Position numbers and translations under genes: made by a program. A stretch of 64,000 nucleotides of DNA from NCBI GenBank assembly GCA_964016885.1, contig OZ024762.1, forward strand, positions 9,176,001-9,240,000, written 5' to 3'. This DNA comes from Eledone cirrhosa (taxonomy: Eukaryota). Below the pieces are notes generated by a model. The model had not been told where the DNA came from, searched no databases, and was given only the letters and a program-made list of their open reading frames with translations. Shown in pieces: positions 57,830 through 64,000 of the stretch (position 1 is the first letter of the stretch; every line of letters begins with the position of its first letter).

Positions 57830-58035
57830 ATGCAAGTGCCATCATTTACTTTTGACTTCGGTAAAGCCATACCTTCTGAGTAAGATTTTGTAGATTGAAA
57901 CTGTCCGGAAGCCCGTCACATTCATTGTTTTTGTATTTCAAAGGGTCCAGGCTTGTTACACAATGTGACATGCTGAATCTCCCTGAGAATTACGTTAAGA
58001 GTACACGTGTCTGTGAAAAGCTGGCCTACTTGTAC
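57830..58035 (+). mobile_element. SINE-like repeat fragment related to 54861-54970
   Basis: Shared TTAAGAGTACACGTGTCTGT. Confidence 0.6.
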
Positions 58036-58263
58036 CTGTTGTTATGTGTGTTTGTGATTGTTGCTTATGGCGTTACTGCTGTTGTTGTTGTTGTTGTTAT
58101 GTTGTTGTTATTGTGTTACTGTTGTTGTTGTTGTTGTTATTGTGTTACTGTTGTTGTTGTGTTGTTGTTATTGTGTTACTGCTGTTGTTGTTGTTATTGT
58201 GTTACTGTTGTTGTTGTGTTGTTGTTGTTAATGCTGTTATTGTTGTTACTGTTGTTGTTGCAG

Positions 58264-58995
58264 TTGTTGACTGTACTGCTGATACTGTTGTTGTTATTGC
58301 TGTTGTTGACTGTACTGCTGATACTGTTGTTGTTATTGCTGTTGTTGACTGTACTGCTGATACTGTTGTTGTTATTGCTGTTGTTGACTGTACTGCTGAT
58401 ACTGTTGTTGTTATTGCTGTTGTTGACTGTACTGCTGATACTGTTGTTGTTATTGCTGTTGTTGACTGTACTGCTGATACTGTTGTTGTTATTGCTGTTG
58501 TTGACTGTACTGCTGATACTGTTGTTGTTATTGCTGTTGTTGACTGTACTGCTGATACTGTTGTTGTTATTGCTGTTGTTGACTGTACTGCTGATACTGT
58601 TGTTGTTATTGCTGTTGTTGACTGTACTGCTGATACTGTTGTTGTTATTGCTGTTGTTGACTGTACTGCTGATACTGTTGTTGTTATTGCTGTTGTTGAC
58701 TGTACTGCTGATACTGTTGTTGTTATTGCTGTTGTTGACTGTACTGCTGATACTGTTGTTGTTATTGCTGTTGTTGACTGTACTGCTGATACTGTTGTTG
58801 TTATTGCTGTTGTTGACTGTACTGCTGATACTGTTGTTGTTATTGCTGTTGTTGACTGTACTGCTGATACTGTTGTTGTTATTGCTGTTGTTGACTGTAC
58901 TGCTGATACTGTTGTTGTTATTGCTGTTGTTGACTGTACTGCTGATACTGTTGTTGTTATTGCTGTTGTTGACTGTACTGCTGATACTGTTGTTG
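58264..58995. repeat. Perfect 39-bp minisatellite, ~19 copies
   Basis: TTGTTGACTGTACTGCTGATACTGTTGTTGTTATTGCTG. Confidence 0.97.
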
Positions 58996-59129
58996 TTGTT
59001 GTTATTGTTGCTGTTACTGTTACTGCTGACCTAAATATTAGAACAACAAGAACGACATTGATGTAGGCGATGATGATGGTTTCGTTGATATGACTCAACA
59101 GTCATTAGAAAACTAATAATAAAATAACA

Positions 59130-59188
59130 GCACCACCTCCACTACTATTACCTATACTAACACTACTACCACCACCACTACTACTACT

Positions 59189-59241
<53 letters not shown>

Positions 59242-59306
59242 CACTACTACTACCACCACCACTATTACTACCACCACTATTACTACTACCACCACCACTA
59301 CTACTG

Positions 59307-59405
<99 letters not shown>

Positions 59406-59421
59406 TTACTACCACCACTAT

Positions 59422-59505
<84 letters not shown>

Positions 59506-60610
59506 CACTATTACTACTACCACTACTACTACTACCACTACTACTACTACCACCACCACCACCACTACTACTACTACTACTACCACCACTATTAACACCA
59601 CCACTACTACCACCTCTACTACCACCTCTACTACCACCATCATCATCATCATCATCATCAAAAATAATAACGCTATCTATAACAGCAACAACAACAACAA
59701 TAACAGCAACAATAACAAAAACAATAACAACAGTAACAACAGCAGCAATAACAATAACAACAACAACAACAACAATAACAACAACAGCAACATGAAACCA
59801 CCCACAACAATAACAACAATAACAACATCAGTATCAAAAATCAATAACAACAACAACAACAGTCAACAACATTACCAACAATGGTAACAACGTTATAACA
59901 ATGACAACAACAGCAGCAACAACAACAACAACGATAACACCATAACAACATTGGAAACAACAATAGCAACAACCACAACAATAATAACAACAATTACCAC
60001 AACAACAACAACCACAACAACTACACCAACAATAACAACAACAACAACCATAACAATAATCACAACAGCAACAACAACAATGATAACAACAACCACAACA
60101 ACAACAACTACACCAACAACAACAACAATAAGAACGACAATAAAAACAACAACCACAACAACCACAACAACAACAACAATAAGAACGACAATAAAAACAA
60201 CAACCACAACAACCACAACAACCACAACAATAAGAACGACAATAAAAACAACAACCACAACAACCACAACAACAACAACAATAAGAACGACAATAAAAAC
60301 AACAACCACAACAACCACAACAACCACAACAATAAGAACGACAATAAAAACAACAACCACAACAACCACAACAACCACAACAATAAGAACGACAATAAAA
60401 ACAACAACAACAACAACTACACCAACAACAACAACAATAAGAACGACAATAAAAACAACAACCACAACAACCACAACAACAACAACAATAAGAACGACAA
60501 TAAAAACAACAACCACAACAACCACAACAACCACAACAACCACAACAACAACAACAATAAGAACGACAATAAAAACAACCACAAGAACCACAACAACCAC
60601 AACAATAACA
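59130..60610. repeat. (CTA/CCA)n and (CAA)n tracts with 51-54-bp AATAAGAACGACAATAAAAAC.. units
   Basis: Direct reading. Confidence 0.92.
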
Positions 60611-61166
60611 TGACCCACTGATTATATCAATATAATCTATCTTCTTTCTCTCTGTCGCCCTCTCTCTATCCCTCTCTTTCTCCCTCTCTTTTTCTCTCTA
60701 TCCCTCACTTTCTCTTCTCTCACTTTCTCTTCTCTCACTTTCTCTTCTCTCACTTTCTCTTCTCTCACTCTCTCTTCTCTCACTCTCTCACTGATTATAT
60801 CTATTTATATATATATATATATGAGTATGTGTGTGTGTATTTGTGTCTATATATATATATGTATATACACACACACCTATGCACTCACACACACACACAC
60901 ACACACATACACATATATACATATATACATATATATATATATAGTAGATTAATACACACATGCCGTATGTTTATATATATATACGTATAGAAAAAATACA
61001 TATTACCTGGGTATCTGAATTAATGACAGTCAATGTAAGTTACCTCCCTTTATATGGCATTTCACATCCTTTCTGTCACTACGTTAACGGAGTTTGAAAT
61101 TTATACTTAACGTTCTTATAACCTAAATCTGGTCGTTAGTTCCGCTTAATAATTCTAGTAGAGATG

Positions 61167-61652
61167 TCTTCTTTCTTCTTCTTTTTGCCCACTTATTCCT
61201 GAGAAGGTCTTGGGGGCAGGGTCCTCAAACACTCCTTGAAGCGGACCCTGTCAGAAGCAACCGTCTCCATCTGAGCCGGCTAGAACCCAAAGTGTGACCA
61301 GCCAAGCTCATGGATGTTATGCGACCATCTTGTTCGAGGTCTACCCCTGGGTCTCCTGTCCGGTGGTTTTGTCCGTAAAATCTGTCCGTAATGTCGGAGC
61401 TGCGATGTCTCGATTCTGAGAAGTAGTGGCTCTATCTGGAGTGACTCTCTCATCTTTGAGCTACAAATCTGTCCAACGATTCTTTCCTGATACATTCTAA
61501 CCACATGTCCATAGTATTGAAGATGTGATCTCTCAATCTGGAGAAGTAACAGCTCTACCTAGAGTGACTTTTTGATCTCCGAGCTACGCATTTTATCGGG
61601 TAACGTTACTCCAAAGGCCATTCAGAGGAACCCCATTTCGGCCGCTTGTATT
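61167..61652 (-). mobile_element. RTE-clade (Expander/Rex3-like) LINE 3' fragment with GAA-rich tail
   Basis: IQAAEMGFL*..RSSEIKKSL*VELLLLQIERSHLQYYGHVVRM..RRPRGRPRTRW..LGW..RPSQE*. Confidence 0.88.
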
Positions 61653-61776
61653 GGTAGAGATGTAGTCGCTAGAATAGCTACAGGTTATCCTCTCCGTAAT
61701 TGTTTCTTTTTAATATCGAATTTAACTTTCTGATGAGATACAAACATATTTAAGCAGAAGCTAGGGTAAAATATAA

Positions 61777-61960
61777 ATAATTGTTTCTACTTTTCGCACA
61801 AGACCAGCAATTACCTCAGTGTATTACTGGTACTTTATTTTATCGACCCCGTAAGGATGAAAGACAAAGTTGACCTCGGCGGGATTTGAACTCAGACCGT
61901 AAAGGGTCGTAACTCCATGCTGCAAAGCATGCCGTCCTACCCTCTATCGCTACTGCCAAT
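61777..61960 (-). mobile_element. S1 SINE
   Basis: S1 core with A and B boxes on minus. Confidence 0.88.
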
Positions 61961-62452
61961 GTTCCTCGTGTTTCTATCATTATAATTATTATATTTGGGG
62001 TCGATCTGGTTGTCCTTCCTTCCTCGGACTTATGTCCCTTTTTCTCCTGATGAAATCCGCTGATGAAGCTAGTCCCTGATCCATTATACGGGAACAGATG
62101 ACGTCTCAATTACTTAAACAAGTCTGTTTCTGGTGTATTTCCTACGTTGTCTTATTGCACCGTGTAGAACACATGTAACACCTCGAAAATATATTCCTCT
62201 GTTGTTAACTGTTTATAGAAGACTTTGTATTTATATGCTTTAGATTACAAACGACGGAACATGTGTTGTATTCAACACACATTTAAACAGTCCTTCTCTC
62301 TCTTCGTCTCTCTCAGTCTCTTTTTCCCTTCCTTTCTCACCCTCTTTTTCCCTATCTCACTCCCACTCTCTCACCCCTCCTTCCTTCCCTCCATTTCTCT
62401 TTCTCTCTCTCTCTCACCCCCCTTTCTCTATCAACCCCCCCAATTTCCCTTA

Positions 62453-62508
<56 letters not shown>

Positions 62509-62552
62509 AATATATCTATGCGTGCGATTATGTGTGTAAACGAGTTTGTGTG

Positions 62553-62616
<64 letters not shown>

Positions 62617-62723
62617 CGTGTGTGTGCGTGTGTGTATGTGTGTGCATTTTCTATTTAATCATAAAAACATTATTTCCTTAAATTAAACCGCAATATATAA
62701 AGAAACAGGAATAAAACACGAAC

Positions 62724-62801
<78 letters not shown>

Positions 62802-62924
62802 GTGTGTATATATATATAAATAGATGTATATGTGTATATATATATATAGATGTATATGTGTATATATATATATATATGTATGTATATGTGTATGTATATG
62901 TAAGTATATATATGTATGCATATG

Positions 62925-63004
<80 letters not shown>

Positions 63005-63028
63005 AGTATTCGTATGTATATGTGTATA

Positions 63029-63070
<42 letters not shown>

Positions 63071-63188
63071 TGGCATACATTAAAGCAGACATGTAGATAC
63101 ATTATCAGCCGTAACAATTATCAGATACCGCGAGATATATATATATATATATATATACACTCATATATACATACATACATACATTTTT

Positions 63189-63225
<37 letters not shown>

Positions 63226-63238
63226 TATATACCCACCC

Positions 63239-63276
<38 letters not shown>

Positions 63277-63324
63277 ACATATACCTGTTTATGTACATAC
63301 ATACATACATACACACACACACAT

Positions 63325-63356
<32 letters not shown>

Positions 63357-63474
63357 CCTATCCTAGGAGACAGATGTAGCCAGGTAGCCAGACACTGAGA
63401 TGAGTTGATAAACCTGAAAGTCTTTAATTACCAGAATCCATGAAAAGAGAAACTGATTAAATTCCAGTTAAAAT

Positions 63475-63563
63475 CATTATCTCATTAATATTATCTCATT
63501 AATATTATTATTATTATTATTTCATTATAATCATATTATCATTATTATCATTATTGTCATTAG

Positions 63564-63625
<62 letters not shown>

Positions 63626-64000
63626 TATTTGTTATCGTTATTAATATTATCATTATGATAATTATTACGTTATTATTATTATTACTATTATCATTATCAT
63701 AATTATTATTTTACTATTATCATTATCATAATTATTATTTTATTATTATTATTATTATATTATTGTTATTATTATCATTATCATTATTATATTTATTATT
63801 TTACTATTATCATTATCGTTATTACAATAATTTTATTATTATTATATTATTGTAATTATTATTATCATTATCATTATTATATTTATTATTATATTATTAT
63901 CATTATCATATTTATTATAATATTATTAACATTATATTATTGTTATTATTGTTAATATTATTTTATTATTATCATTATATTATTATTATTATTAATATTA
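63475..64000. repeat. Degenerate (ATT/ATC)n tract
   Basis: Direct reading. Confidence 0.95.

Noticed and set aside
58202-59098. 298-aa Thr/Ser/Ala mucin- or antifreeze-like ORF
   Set aside because: Perfect DNA repeat with no synonymous variation and no signal peptide; open in multiple frames

Overview
Eukaryotic, very AT-rich, microsatellite-saturated DNA that looks intronic or intergenic. I found no credible host protein-coding exon: nearly all listed ORFs are translations of (TA)n, (CA)n, (GA)n or trinucleotide repeats. The SINE families and repeat landscape resemble an octopod cephalopod genome; this is inference from recalled SINE sequence and was not searched. Recognisable parts are many tRNA-derived SINEs, hAT MITEs with 8-bp TSDs, 3' fragments of RTE, R4/Dong and CRE clade LINEs, several minisatellites, a 107-bp satellite amplified out of a LINE ORF, and a near-perfect 615-bp x ~4.8 tandem array inside (TA)n. 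The main hidden signal is at least six unrelated families of short (150-600 bp) elements embedded in (TA)n. They usually fold back on themselves as inverted repeats and carry complete, half or decayed minimal type-I hammerhead ribozyme (HHR) motifs, the hallmark of Penelope-like element (PLE) termini. Several have non-canonical cores (U10.1-U11.1, CAGAAGA), and in two families the fold-back point recurs at a fixed position in or next to the ribozyme. All coordinates were read by eye and may be off by a few bases.
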